Assembly (NCBI RefSeq): GCF_009914755.1
Contig: NC_060933.1
DNA length: 64,000 nucleotides
Reading direction: 5' to 3' (one strand)
Source of the DNA: the human T2T-CHM13v2.0 reference genome, Homo sapiens
A model generated the notes under the pieces. That model searched no databases. It had not been told where the DNA came from and worked only from the letters and a program-made list of their open reading frames with translations. Both the position numbers and the translations under genes were made by a program. Below, one piece after another: positions 1-14,080 of the stretch (positions are counted from its first letter, which is position 1; every line of letters starts with the position of its first letter).

Positions 1-3000
1 TGGAATGCAATGGAATGGAATCATACGGAATGGAATGGAATGGAAAGGAATGGAATCAACCCGATTGCAATGGAATGGAGTGGAATGGAATGGAATGGAA
101 TGGAAACAACCCGAATGGAATGGAATGGAATGGAATGGAGTGTAAGGGAATTGAATAGAATCAATACGAATGTAATGGAATGGAATGGAACGGAATGGAA
201 TGCAATGGAATGGAATGGAATCCAATGGAATGGGTTCAACCCGAGTGCAATGGAATGGAATCGAAAGTAATGGAATGGAATGGAATGGATTCAACACGAA
301 TGGAATGGAAAGGAATGGAATCAACCCGAGTGGAATGGAATTTAATGGAATGGAATGGAATGGAATGCAGTGAAATGGAATCAAACCTAGTGCAATGGAA
401 TGGAATGGAATGGAATGGAATGGCATGGAATGGATTAGATTCAACCCAAATGGAATGGAAAGCAATGGAATCAACCCGAGTGGAATGGCATGGAATGGAA
501 AGGAATGGAATGGAATGGAAAGGTACGGAATAGAATGGAATGGAACGAAATGGAATGGAATGGGATGGAATGGAATGGAATGGAATGGAATGGAATAGAA
601 TGGAATCCACCCGATTACAGGGGAATGGAATGGAATGGAATGCAAAGGAATGGAATGGAATGGATTCAACCCGAATGGAATGGAAAGGAAAGGAATAATC
701 CCGAGTGAAATGGCATGGAAGGGAATGGAATGGAATGGAACGGTACGGAGTAGAATGGAATGGAATGAAATGGAATGGAATGGAATGGAATGGAATGAAC
801 CCGTGAGCAATGGAATGGAATGGAATGGAATGGAATGGAATTTGTTCAACTCGAATGGAATGGAAAGGAATGGAATCAACCCGAGTGGAATGGCATGGAA
901 TGGAATGGAATGGAATGGAATGGAATGGAATGGAATGGAATGGATTCAACCCGAATGGAATGGAAAGGAATGGAATAAACCCGAGTGGAATGGCATGGAA
1001 CGGAGTGGAATGGAATGGAATGGAAGGGAATGGTACGGAATAGAATGGAATGGAACGAAATGGAATGGAATGGAACGGAATGGAATGGAATGGAATGGAA
1101 AGGAATGAACCCGTGTGCAATTGAATGGAATCGAATGGAATGGAATGCAATGGAATGGGTTCAACTAGAATGGAATGGAAAGGAATGGAATCAACCCGAG
1201 TGGAATGGCATGGTATGGAATGGAATGGAATGGAATGGAATGGAAAGGTACGGAATAGAATGGAATGGAACGAAATGGAATGGAATGGAATGGAATGAAT
1301 GGAATGGAATGGAATAGAATGGAATCCACCCGATTGCAGGGTAATGGAATGGAACGGAATGCAATGGAATGGAATGGAATGGATTCAACCCCAATGGAAT
1401 GGAAAGGAATGGAATCAACCCGAGTGGAATGGCATGGAATGGAATGGAATGGAATGGAATAGTACGGAATAGAATGGAATGGAACGAAATGGAATGGAAT
1501 GGAATCAACCTGAGTGCAATGGAATGGAGTGGAATGGAATGTAATGGAACGGAAACAACCCGAATGGAATGGAATGTAATGGAGTTTAAGGGAATTGAAT
1601 ACAATCAATCCGAATGTAATGGAATGGAATGGAACGGAATGGAATGGAATGGAATGGAATGGAATGGAATGGAATGAAATGGAATGGCAGGGAATGGAAT
1701 GCAATCAACCCGAGTGCAAAGGAATGGAATGGAATGGAATGGAAGGGAATGGAATGGAATGGATTCAACCCGAACGGAATGGAAAGGAATGTAATAAACC
1801 TGAGTGGAATGGCATGGAATGGAATGGAATGGAATGGAATGGTACGGAATAGAATGGAATGGAACGAAATGGAATGGAATGGAATGCAATGGAATGGAAT
1901 CAACCTGAGTGCAATGGAATGGAGTGGAATGGAATGAAATGGAATGGAAACAACCCGAATGGAATGGAATGTAATGGAGTGTAAGGGAATTGAATACAAT
2001 CAATCCGAATGTAATGGATTGGAATGGAACGGAATGGAATGGAATGAAATGCCGTGGAATGTAATCAAACCTAGTGCAATGGAATGGAATGGAATGGAAT
2101 GGAATGGAATGGAATGGAATGGAATGGATTGGATTCAACCCAAATGGAATGGAAAGCAATGGAATCAACCCGAGTGGAATGGCATGGAATGGAATGGAAT
2201 GGAATGGAATGGAATGGAATGGAATGGTACAGAATAAAATGGAATGGAACGAAATGGAATGGAATGGAATGGAATGGAACGGAATGGAATGGAATCAACT
2301 CGATTGCAATGGAATGTAATGGAATGGAATGGAATGGAATTAACGCGAATAGAATGGAATGGAATGTAATGGAACGGAATGGAATGGAATGGGATGGAAT
2401 GGAATCAATCTGAGTGCAGGTGAATGGAATGGAATGGAATGCAATGGAATGGAATGGAATGGAATGGAATGCAATGGAATCAACTAGATTGAAATGGGAT
2501 GGAATGGAACGGAATGGAATGGAAGGGAATGGAATGGAATGGAATTAACCTGAACAGAATGGAATGGAATGGAATGAAACGGAATGGAAGGGAATGGAAT
2601 GGAATGGAATTAACCTGAACAGAATGGAATGGAATGGAATGGAACGGAATGGAATGGAATGGAATGGAATGGAATGGAATGGAATGGAATGCAATGAAAT
2701 GGGATCAACCCGAGTGCAGGGGAATGGAATGGAATGGAATGCAATGGAATGGAATCAATGAACCCGAGTGCAATAGAATGCAGTGGAATGGAATGGAATG
2801 GAATGGAAAGTACCCGAATGGAATGGAATGGAATGGAGTGTAAGGGAATTAAAAAGAATCAATCCGAATGTAATGGAATGGAATGGAACGGAATGGAATG
2901 GAATGGAATGGAATGGAATGGAATGGAATCAACTCGATTGCAATGGAATGGAATGGAATGGAATGGAATGGAATGGAATGGAATGGAATGGAATTAACCC

Positions 3001-3469
3001 GAATAGAATGGAATGGAATGGAATGGAATGGAATGGAATGGAATGGAATGGAAGGGAATGGAATGTAATGGAATGGAATGGAATTAACCCGAATAGAATG
3101 GAATGGAACGGAAAGGAAGGGAATGGAATGGAATGTAATCAACTCGAGTGCAGGGGAAAGCAATGCAATGGAATGAAATGGAATGGAGTCATACGGAATG
3201 GAAGGGAATGGAATGGAATCAACCAGAGTGCAATGGAATGGAGTGGAATGGAATGGAATAGAATGGAAACAACACGAATGGAATAGAATGTATTGGAGTG
3301 TAAGGGAATTGAATAGAATCAATCCGAATGTAATTGAATAGAACGGAAAGGAATGGAATGGAATGGAATGGAATGGAATGGAATGAAACGGAATGGCATG
3401 GAATGGAATGGAATCAACCCGAGTTCAATGGAATTGAATGGAATGGAATGGAATCAACTCGATTGCAAT

Positions 3470-6400
3470 GGAATGGAATGGAATGGAATGGAATGGAATG
3501 GAATGGAATGGAATTAACCCTACTAGAATGGAATGGAATGGAATGGAATGGAATAGAATGGAATGGAAGGGAATGGAATGGAATGGAATGGAATGGAATT
3601 AACCCGAATAGAATGGAATGGAATGGAATGGAATGGAATGGAATGGAATGGAATGGAATGGAATGGAATCAACTCGATTTCAATGGAATGGAATGGAATG
3701 GAATGGAATGCAATGGAAGGGAATGGAATGGAATGGAATGAAATTAACCCGAATAGAATGGAATGGAATGGAATGGAATGGAATGGAATGGAATGGAATA
3801 CAATGGAATCCACCCGAGTGCAGGGGAATGGAATGGAATGGAATGCAATGGAATGGAATCATACGGAATGGAATGGAATGGAATGGAATGCAATGGAATG
3901 GAATGGAATCAACCCGATTGCAATGGAATGGAGTGGAATGGAATGGAATGGAATGGAAACAACCCGAATGGAATGGAATGTAATGGAGAGTAAGGGAATT
4001 GAATAGAATCAATACGAATGTAATGGAATGGAATGGAACGGAATGGAATGCAATGGAATGGAATGGAATGCAATGGAATGGGATCAACCCGAGTGAAATG
4101 GAATGGAATCGAAAGGAATGGAATGGAATGGAATGGTTTCAACCCGAACGAAATGGAAAGGAATGGAATCAACCCGAGTGGAATGGAATGGAATGGAATG
4201 GAATAGAATGGAATGGAATGGGTTCAACTCGAATGGAATGGAAAGGAATGGAATCAACCCGAGTGGAATGGCATGGAATGGAATGGAATGGAATGGAATG
4301 GAATGGAAGGGAATGGAATGGAATGGAATTAACCTGAACAGAATGGAAGGGAATGGAATGGAACGGAACGGAACGGAATGGAATGGAATGGAATGGAATG
4401 GAATGCAATGGAATGGGATCAACCCGAGTACAGGGGAATGGAATGCAATGGAATGCAATGAAATGGAATCATCCGGAATGGAATGGAATGGAATGGAATG
4501 CAATGGAATGGAATCAATCAACCCGAGTGCAATAGAATGCAGTGGAATGGAATGGAATGGTATGGAAACTACCCGAATGGAATAGAATGTAATGGAGTGT
4601 AAGGGAATTAAAAAGAATCAATCCGAATGTAATGGAATTGAATGGAACGGAATGGAATGGAATGGAATGGAATGGAATGGAATTAACCCGAATAGAATGA
4701 AAAGGAATGGAATGGAATGGAATGGAATGGAATGGAATGGAATGGAACGGAATAGAATGGAATGGAACGAAATGGAATGGAATGAAATGGAATGGAATGG
4801 AATGGAATGGAATGGAATGGAATGGAATCAACCCGAGTGCAATGGAATGGAGTGGAATGGAATGGAATGGAATGGAACAACCCGAATGGAATGGAATGTA
4901 ATGGAGAGTAAGGGAGTTGAAAAGAATCAATCCGAATGTAATGGAATGGAATGGAACGGAATGGAATGGAATGGAATGGAATGGAATGGAATGCAATGGA
5001 AAGGAATCAACCCGAGTACAATGGAATGGAATGGAATGGAATGGAACGGAATGGAATGGAATGGAATGGAATGGAATGGAATCTTCCGTAATGGAATGGA
5101 ATGGAATGGAATGGAATGCAATGGATTCAACTCGATTGCAATGGAATAGAATAGAATGGAATGGAATGGAATGGAATGGAATGGAATGGAATGGAATGGA
5201 ATTAAACCGAATAGAATGGAATGGAATGGAATGGAATGGAACGGAACGGAACGGAACGGAACGGAGTGGAATGGAATGGAATGGAATTGTATGGAATGGA
5301 ATGGAATGGTACGGAATAGAATGGAATGGAATGAATTGGAATGGAATGGAATGGAATGGAATGGAATGGAATGGAATGGAATGGAATCAACCCGAGTGCA
5401 ATGGAATGGAGTGGAATGGAATGGAATGGAATGGAAAAACCCGAATGGAATGGAATGTAATGGAGAGTAAGGGAGTTGAATAGAATCAATACGAATATAA
5501 TGGAATGGAAAGGAATGGAATGGAATGGAATGGAATGGAATGGAATGGAATGGAATGCAATGGAATGGAATCAACCAGAGTACTATGGAACGGAATGGAA
5601 TGCAATGGAATGGAATGGAATGGAATGGAATGGAATGGAATGGAATCAACCCGAGTGCAATGGAATGGAGAGGAATGGAATGGAATGGAATGGAAACTAC
5701 CCGAATGGAATGGAATGTAATGGAGTGTAAGGGAATTGAATAGAATCAATCCGAATGGAATGGAATGGAATGGAACGGAATGTAATGGAATGGAATGGAA
5801 TGGAATCAACCCGAGTGCAGGGGAATGGAATGGAATGGAATGCAATGGAATGGAATCATCCGGAATGGAATGGAATGGAATGCAATGGAATGGAATCAAC
5901 CCGAGTAGAATGGAATGGAATGGAATGGAATGGAATGGAATGGAATGGAATGGAATGGAATGTCTTCAAACCGAATGGAATGGAAAGGAATGTAATCAAC
6001 ACGAGTGGAATGGAATGGAATGGAATGGAATGGAATGGAATGATACGGAATAGAATGGAATGGAACGAAATGGAATCGAATGGAATGGAATGGAATGGAA
6101 TGGAATGGAATCGTTCCGAGTGGAATAGGAGGGAATGTATTCGAGAGGAATGGAAAGGAATGGAATCAGCAGAGTGGAATGGAAGGGAATGGAATGGAAT
6201 GGAAACTAATAGAATGGAATCAACCCGAGTGGAATGGAATGGAAAGGACTACAATGGAATGGAATGGAATGGAATGGAATCAACTCGATTGTAATGGAAT
6301 GGAATGGAATGGAATGGAATGGAATGGAATTAACCCGAATACAATGGAATGGAATGGAATGGAATGGAATGGAGTGGAATGGAATGGAATCAACCCGAGT

Positions 6401-9400
6401 GCAGGGGAATGGAATGGAATGGAATGCAATGCAATGGAATCATCCGGAATGGAATGGAATGGAATGGAATGCAAAGCAATGGAATCAACTCGATTGCAAT
6501 GGAATGGAATGGAATGGAAAGGAATACATTGGAATCACCCCGAGTGGAATGGAATGGAAAGGACTGGAATGGAGTGGAATGGAATGGAATGAAATGGAAT
6601 GGAATCAACTCGATTGGAATGGAATGGAATGGAATGGAATGGAATGGAATTAACCCGAATAGAATGGAATGGAATGTAATGGAACGGAACGGAACGGAAC
6701 GGAATGAAATGGAATGGAATGGAATGGAATGGAATGGAATCAACCCGACTGCAGGGGAATGGAATGGAATGGAAAGCAATGGAATAGATTCAACTTGAAT
6801 GGAATGGAAAGAATGGAATCAATACGAGTAGAATGGCATGGATTGGAATGGAATGGAATGGAATCAACCCGAGTACAGGGGAAAGGAATGGAATGGAATG
6901 CAAAGGAATGGAATCATCCGTAATGGAATGAAAAGGAATGGAATGGAATGGAATGGAATGGAATGGAATGGAATGGAATCAACTCGATTGCAATCGAATG
7001 GAATGGAATGGAATTAACCCGAATAGAATGGAATGGAATGGTATGGAACGGAACGGAACGGAACGGAATGGAATGGAATGGAATGGAATGGAATGGAATG
7101 GAAAGGAATGGAATGGAATGGAATGGAATGGAATGGAATGGAATGGAATGGAATCAACGCGAGTGCAGGAGAATGGAATGGAATGGAATGCAATGGAATG
7201 GAATCTTCCGGAATGGAATGGAATGGAATGGAATGGAATTGAATGGAATAAACCCGAGTGCAATGGAATGGAGTGGAATGTAATGGAATGGAATGGAACA
7301 ACCCGAATGGAATGGAATTTAATGGAGAGTAAGGGAGTTGAATAGAATCAATCCGAATGTAATGGAATGGAATGGAACGGAATGGAATTGAATGGAATGG
7401 AATGGAATGCAATGGAATGGAATCAACCCGAGTGCAATGGAATGGAGAGGAATAGAATGGAATGGAAACTACCCGAATGGAATGGAATGTAATGGAGTGT
7501 AAGGGAATTGAATAGAATCAATCCGAATGTAATGGAATGGAATGGAACGGAATGGAATGGAATGGAATGGAATGGAATGGAATGGAATGCAATGGAATGG
7601 AATCAACCCGAGTGCAATCGAATGGAATCGAATGGAATGGAATGCAATGGAATGGATTCAACTTGAATGGAATGGAAAGAATGGAATCAACACGAGTGGA
7701 ATGGCATGGATTGGAATGGAATGGAATGGAATCAACTGGAGTACAGGGGAATGGAATGGAATGGAATGCAATGGAATGGAATCATCCGTAATGGAATGGA
7801 AAGGAATGGAATGGAATGGAATGGAATGGAATGAAATGGAATGGAATCAATTCGATTGCAATCGAATGGCATGGAATGGAATTAACCCGAATAGAATGGA
7901 ATGGAATGGAATGGAACGGAACGGAATGGAATGGAATGGAATGGAATGGAACGGAACGGAACGGAACGGAATGGAATGGAATGGAATGGAATGGAATGGA
8001 ATCAACGCGAGTGCAGGGGAATGGAATGGAATGGAATGCAATGGAATGGAATCTTCCGGAATGGAATGGAATGGAATGTAATGGAATGAAATGCAATGGA
8101 TTCAACTCGATTAAAATGGAATGGAATAGAATGGAATGGAATGGAATGGAATTAACCCAAATAGAATGGAATGGAATGCAATGGAACGGAATGGAACGGA
8201 ATGGAATGGAATGGAATGCAATGGAAGGGTATGGAATGGAATGGAATGGTACGGAATAGAATGCAATGGAACGAATTGTAATGGAATGGAATTGAATGGA
8301 ATGGAATGGAATGGAATGGATTCAACGCGAGTGCAGGGGAATGTAAGGGAAAGGAATGCAATGGAATGGAATCATCCGGAATGGAATGGAATGGAATGGA
8401 ATGGAATGGAATGGAATCAACCCGAGTGCAATAGAATGGAGTGGAATGGAATGGAATGGAATGGAACAACCCGAATGGAATGGAATGTAATGGAGCGTAA
8501 GGGAGTTGAATAGAATCAATCCGAATGTAATGGAATGGAATGCAACGGAATGGAATGGAATGGAATGGAATGGAATGCAATGGAATGGAATCAACCCGAG
8601 TACAATGGAATGGAATGGAATGGAATGGAATGGAATGGAATGGAATGGAATAGAATGCCTTTAAACCGAATGGAATGGAAAGGAATGGAATCAACTCGAG
8701 TGGAATGGAATGGAATGGAATGGAATGGAATGGAATGGAATGGAATGGAATGATACGGAATAGAATGGAATGGAACGAAATGGAATGCAATGGAATGGAA
8801 TGTAAGGGAATGGAATGGAATGGAATCGTTCCGAGTGGAATAGGAGGGAATGTATTCGAGTGGAATGGAAAGGAATGGTATCAACCAGAGTGGAATGGAA
8901 GGGAATGGAATGGAATGGAAACTAATAGAATGGAATCAACCCGAGTGGAATGGAATGGAAAGGACTGGAATGGAATGGAATGGAATGGAATCAACTCGGT
9001 TGTAATGGAATGGAATGGAATGGAATGGAATGGAATGGAATGGAATTAACCCGAATACAATGGAATGGAATGGAATGGAACGGAATGGAGTGGAATGGAA
9101 TGGAATCAACCCGAGTGCAGGGGAATGGAATGGAATGGAATGCTATGGAATGGAATCATCCGGAATGGAATGGAATGGAATGGAATGCAAAGCAATGGAA
9201 CCAACTCGATTGCAATGGAATGGAATGGAATGGAAAGGAATACATTGGAATCAACCCGAGTGGAATGGAATGGAAAGGACTGGAATGGAGTGGAATGGAA
9301 TGGAATGGAATGGAATGGAATCAACTCGATTGGAATGGAATGGAATGGAATGGAATGGAATTAACCCGAATAGAATGGAATGGAATGGAATGGAACGGAA

Positions 9401-12400
9401 CGGAATGCAATGGAATGTAATGTAATGGAATGGAATGGAATGGAATCAACCCGACTGCAGGGTAATGGAATGGAATGGAATGCAATGGAATGGATTCAAC
9501 TTGAATGGAATGGAAAGAATGGAATCAACACGAGTGGAATGGCATGGATTGGAATGGAATGGAATGGAATCAACCCGAGTACAGGGGAATGGAATGGAAT
9601 GGAATGCAATGGAATGGAATCATCCGTAATGGAATGGAAAGGAATGGAATGGAATGGAATAGAATGGAATGGAATCAACTCGATTGCAATCGAATGGAAT
9701 GGAATGGAATTAACCCGAATAGAATGGAATGGAATGGAATGGAACGCAACGGAACGGAATGGAATGGATTGGAATGGAATGGAATGGAATGGAATGGAAG
9801 GGAAAGGAATGGAATGGAATGGAATGGAATGGAATGGAATGGAATGGAATCAACACGAGTGCAGGGGAATGGAATGGAATGGAATGCAATGGAATGGAAT
9901 CTTCCGGAATGGAATGGAATGGAATGGAATGGAATGGAATGGAATCAACCCGAGTGCAATGGAATGGAGTGGAATGGAATGGAATGGAATGGAACAACCC
10001 GAAAGGAATCGAATGTAATGGAGAGTAAGGGAGTTGAATAGAATCAATCCGAATGTAATGGAATGGAATGGAACGGAATGCAATTGAATGGAATGGAATG
10101 GAATGCAATGGAATGGAATCAACCCGAGTGCAATGGAATGGAGAGGAATGGAATGGAATGGAATGGAAACTACCCGAATGGAATGGAATGTAATGGAGTG
10201 TAAGGGAATTGAATAGAATCAATCCGAATGTAATGGAATGGAATGGAACGGAATGGAATGGAATGGAATGGAATGGAATGGAATGGAATGGAATGCAATG
10301 CAATGGAATGGAATCAACCCGAGTACAATGGAATGGAATGGAATGGAATGGAATGGAATGGAATGGAATGCCTTCAAACCGAATGGAATGGAAAGGAATG
10401 GAATCAACACGAGTGGAATGGAATGGAATGGAATGGAATGGAATGGAATGGAATGATACGGAATAGAATGGAATGGAACGAAATGGAATGGAATGGAATG
10501 GAATGGAATGGAAAGGAATGGAATGGAATGGAATGGAATCGTTCCGAGTGGAATACGAGGGAATGTATTCGAGTGGAATGGAAAGGAATGGAATCAACCA
10601 GAGTGGAATGGAAGGGAATGGAATGGAATGGAAACTAATAGAATGGAATCAACCCGAGTGGAATGGAATGGAAAAGACTGGAATGGAAATGAATGGAATG
10701 GAATGGAATGGAATGGAATGGAATGGAATGGAATGGAATGGAATCAACGCGAGTGCAGGGGAATGGAATGGAATCGAATGGAATGGAATGGAATGGAATG
10801 GAATCAACCCGAGTGCAGGGGAATGTAATGGAACGGAATGCAATGGAATGGAATCATCCGGAATGGAATGGAATGGAATGGAATGGAATCAACCCGAGTG
10901 CAATGGAATTGAGTGGAATGGAATGGAATGGAATGGAACAACCCGAATGGAATGGAATGTAATGGAGAGTAAGGGAGTTGAAAAGAATCAATCCGAATGT
11001 AATGGAATGGAATGGAACGGAATGGAATGGAATGGAATGGAATGGAATGCAATGGAATGGAATCAACCCGAGTACAATGGAATGGAATGGGATGGAATGG
11101 AATGGAATGGAATGGAATGGAATGGAATGGAATGATACGGAATAGAATGGATTGGAACGAAATGGAATGGAATGGAATGGAATGGAATGGAATGGAATGG
11201 AATGGAATGGAATCGTTCCGAGTGGAATAGGAGGGAATGTATTCGAGTGGAATGGAAAGGAATGGAATCAACCAGAGTGGAATGGAAGGGAATGGAATGG
11301 AATGGAATCTAATAGAATGGAATCAACCCGAGAGGAATAGAATGGAAAGGACTGGAATGGAATGGAATGGAATGGAATCAACTCGATTGTAATGGAATGG
11401 AATGGAATGGAATGGAATTAACCCGAATACAATGCAATGGAATGGAATGGAACGGAATGGAGTGGAATGGAATGGAATCAACCCGAGTGCAGGGGAATGG
11501 AATGGAATGGAATGCAATGGAATGCAATCATCCGGAATGGAATGGAATGGAATGGAATGCAAAGCAATGGAATCAACTCGATTGCAATGGAATGGAATGG
11601 AATGGAAAGGAATACATTGGAATCAACCCGAGTGGAATGTAATGGAAAGTACTGGAATGGAGTGGAATGGAATGGAATGGAATGGAATGGAATCAACTCG
11701 ATTGGAATGGAATGGAATGGAATGGAATGGAATGAAATGGAATTAACCCGAATAGAATGGAATGGAATGGAATGGAACGGAACGGAACGGAACGGAATGG
11801 AATGGAATGGAATGGAATGGAATGGAATGGAATGGAAACAACCCGACTGCAGGGGAATGGAATGGAATGGAAACAACCCGACTGCAGGGGAATGGAATGG
11901 AATGGAATGCAAGGGAATTGATTCAACTTGAATGGAATGGAAAGAATGGAATCAACACGAGTGGAATGGCATGGATTGGAATGGAATGGAATGGAATCAA
12001 CCCGAGTACAGGGGAATGGAATGGAATGGAATGCAATGGAATGGAATCATCCGTAATGGAATGGAAAGGAATGGAATGGAATGGAATGGAATGGAATGGA
12101 ATGGAATCAACTCGATTGCAATCGAATGGAATGGAATGGAATTAACCCGAATAGAATGGAATGGAATGGAATGGAACGGAACGGAACGGAACGGAATGGA
12201 TTGGAATGGAATGGAATGGAATGGAATTGAATGGAATGGAACGGAAAGGAATGGAATGGAATGGAATGGAATGGAATGGAATGGAATGGAATGGAATGGA
12301 ATGGAATCAACGCGAGTGCACGGGAATGGAATGGAAAGGAATGCAATGGAATGGAATCTTCCGGAATGGAATGGAATGGAAAGGAATTGAATGGAATGCA

Positions 12401-14080
12401 ATGGAATAAACCCGAGTGCAATGGAATGGAGTGGAATGGAATGGAATGGAATGGAACAACCCGAATGGAATGGAATGTAATGGAGAGTAAGGGAGTTGAA
12501 TAGAATAAATCCGAAAGTAATGGAATGGAATGGAACGGAATGGAATTGAATGGAATGGAATGGAATGCAATGGAATGGAATCAACCCGAGTTCAATGGAA
12601 TAGAGAGGAATGGAATGGAATGGAATGGAAACTACCCGAATGGAATGGAATGTAATGGAGTGTAAGGGAATTGAATAGAATCAATCCGAATGTAATGGAA
12701 TGGAATGGAAAGGAATGGAATGGAGTGGAATGGAATGGAATGGAATGGAATGGAATGCAATGGAATGGAATCAACCCGAGTGCAACCGAATGGAATCGAA
12801 TGGAATGGAATGCAATGGAATGGATTCAACTTAAATGGAATGGAAAAATGGAATCAACACGAGTGGAATTGCATGGATTGGAATGGAATGGAATGGAATC
12901 AACCCGAGTACAGGGGAATGGAATGGAATGGAATGCAATGGAATGGAATCATCCGTAATGGAATGGAAAGGAATGGAATGGAATGGAATGGAATGGAATG
13001 GAATGGAATGGAATCAACTCGATTGCAATGGAATGGAATGGAATGGAATTAACCCGAATAGAATGGAATGGAATGGAATGGAACGGAACGGAACGGAATG
13101 GAATGGATTGGAATGGAATGGAATGGAATGGAATGGAACGGAAAGGAATGGAATGGAATGGAATGGAATGGAATGGAATGGAATGGAATGGAATCAACGC
13201 GAGTGCAGGGGAATGGAATGGAATGGAATGCAATGGAATGGAATCTTCCGGAATGGAATGGAATGGAATGGAATGGAATCAACCCGAGTGCAATGGAATG
13301 GAGTGGAATGGAATGGAATGGAATGGAACAACCCGAAAGGAATCGAATGTAATGGAGAGTAAGGGAGTTGAATAGAATCAATCCGAATGTAACGGAATGG
13401 AATGGAACGGAATGGAATTGAATGGAATGGAATGGAATGCAGTGGAATGGAATCAACCCGAGTGCAATGGAATGGAGAGGAATGGAATGGAATGGAATGG
13501 AAACTACCCGAATGGAATGGAATGTAATGGAGTGTAAGGGAATTGAATAGAATCAATCCGAATGTAATGGAATGGAATGGAACGGAATGGAATGGAATGG
13601 AATGGAATGGAATGGAATGGAATGGAATGATACAGAATAGAATGGAATGGAAAGAAATGGAATGGAATGGAATGGAATGGAATGGAATGGAATGGAATGG
13701 AATGCAATGGAATCGTTCCGAGTGGAATAGGAGGGAATGTATTCGAGTGGAATGGAAAGGAATGGAATCAACCAGAGTGGAATGGAAGGGAATGGAATGG
13801 AATGGAAACTAATAGAATGGAATCAACCCGAGTGGAATGGAATGGAAAAGACTGGAATGGAAAGGAATGGAATGGAATGGAATGGAATGGAATGGAATGG
13901 AATGGAATGGAATGGAATCAACGCGAGTGCAGGGGAATGGAATGGAATCGAATGGAATGGAATGGAATGGAATCAACCCGAGTGCAGGGGAATATAATGG
14001 AACGGAATGCAATGGACTGGAATCATCCGGAATGGAATGGAATGGAATGGAATGGAATCAACCCGAGTGCAAAGGAATGG
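3470..14080 (+). repeat. Copy 1 of a near-identical ~10.6 kb tandem duplication within the satellite
   Basis: The rare marker TTAACCCTACTAG lies at 3514-3526 and 14118-14130 (offset 10,604). ORF-track entries recur with identical translations at offsets of 10,604-10,614 (4917/15521, 9710/20314, 13049/23653). Confidence 0.95.
7200..7214. promoter_or_regulatory. Perfect three-unit heat-shock element consensus GGAATCTTCCGGAAT (first of about 40 copies in the window)
   Basis: The sequence reads nGAAn-nTTCn-nGAAn, the canonical HSF1 trimer site. This is a motif match only; binding is not shown. Confidence 0.5.

Noticed and set aside
3514-3526. TTAACCCTA and the frequent TTAACCC / TAAGGG motifs resembling telomeric (CCCTAA/TTAGGG) repeats
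   Set aside because: They are single isolated hexamer-like matches derived from the CAACCCGA module and are never tandem.
7206-7213. Palindrome TTCCGGAA as a STAT (GAS) site
   Set aside because: The spacing is TTC-N2-GAA, not the TTC-N3-GAA of a canonical GAS element; it fits the heat-shock element geometry instead.
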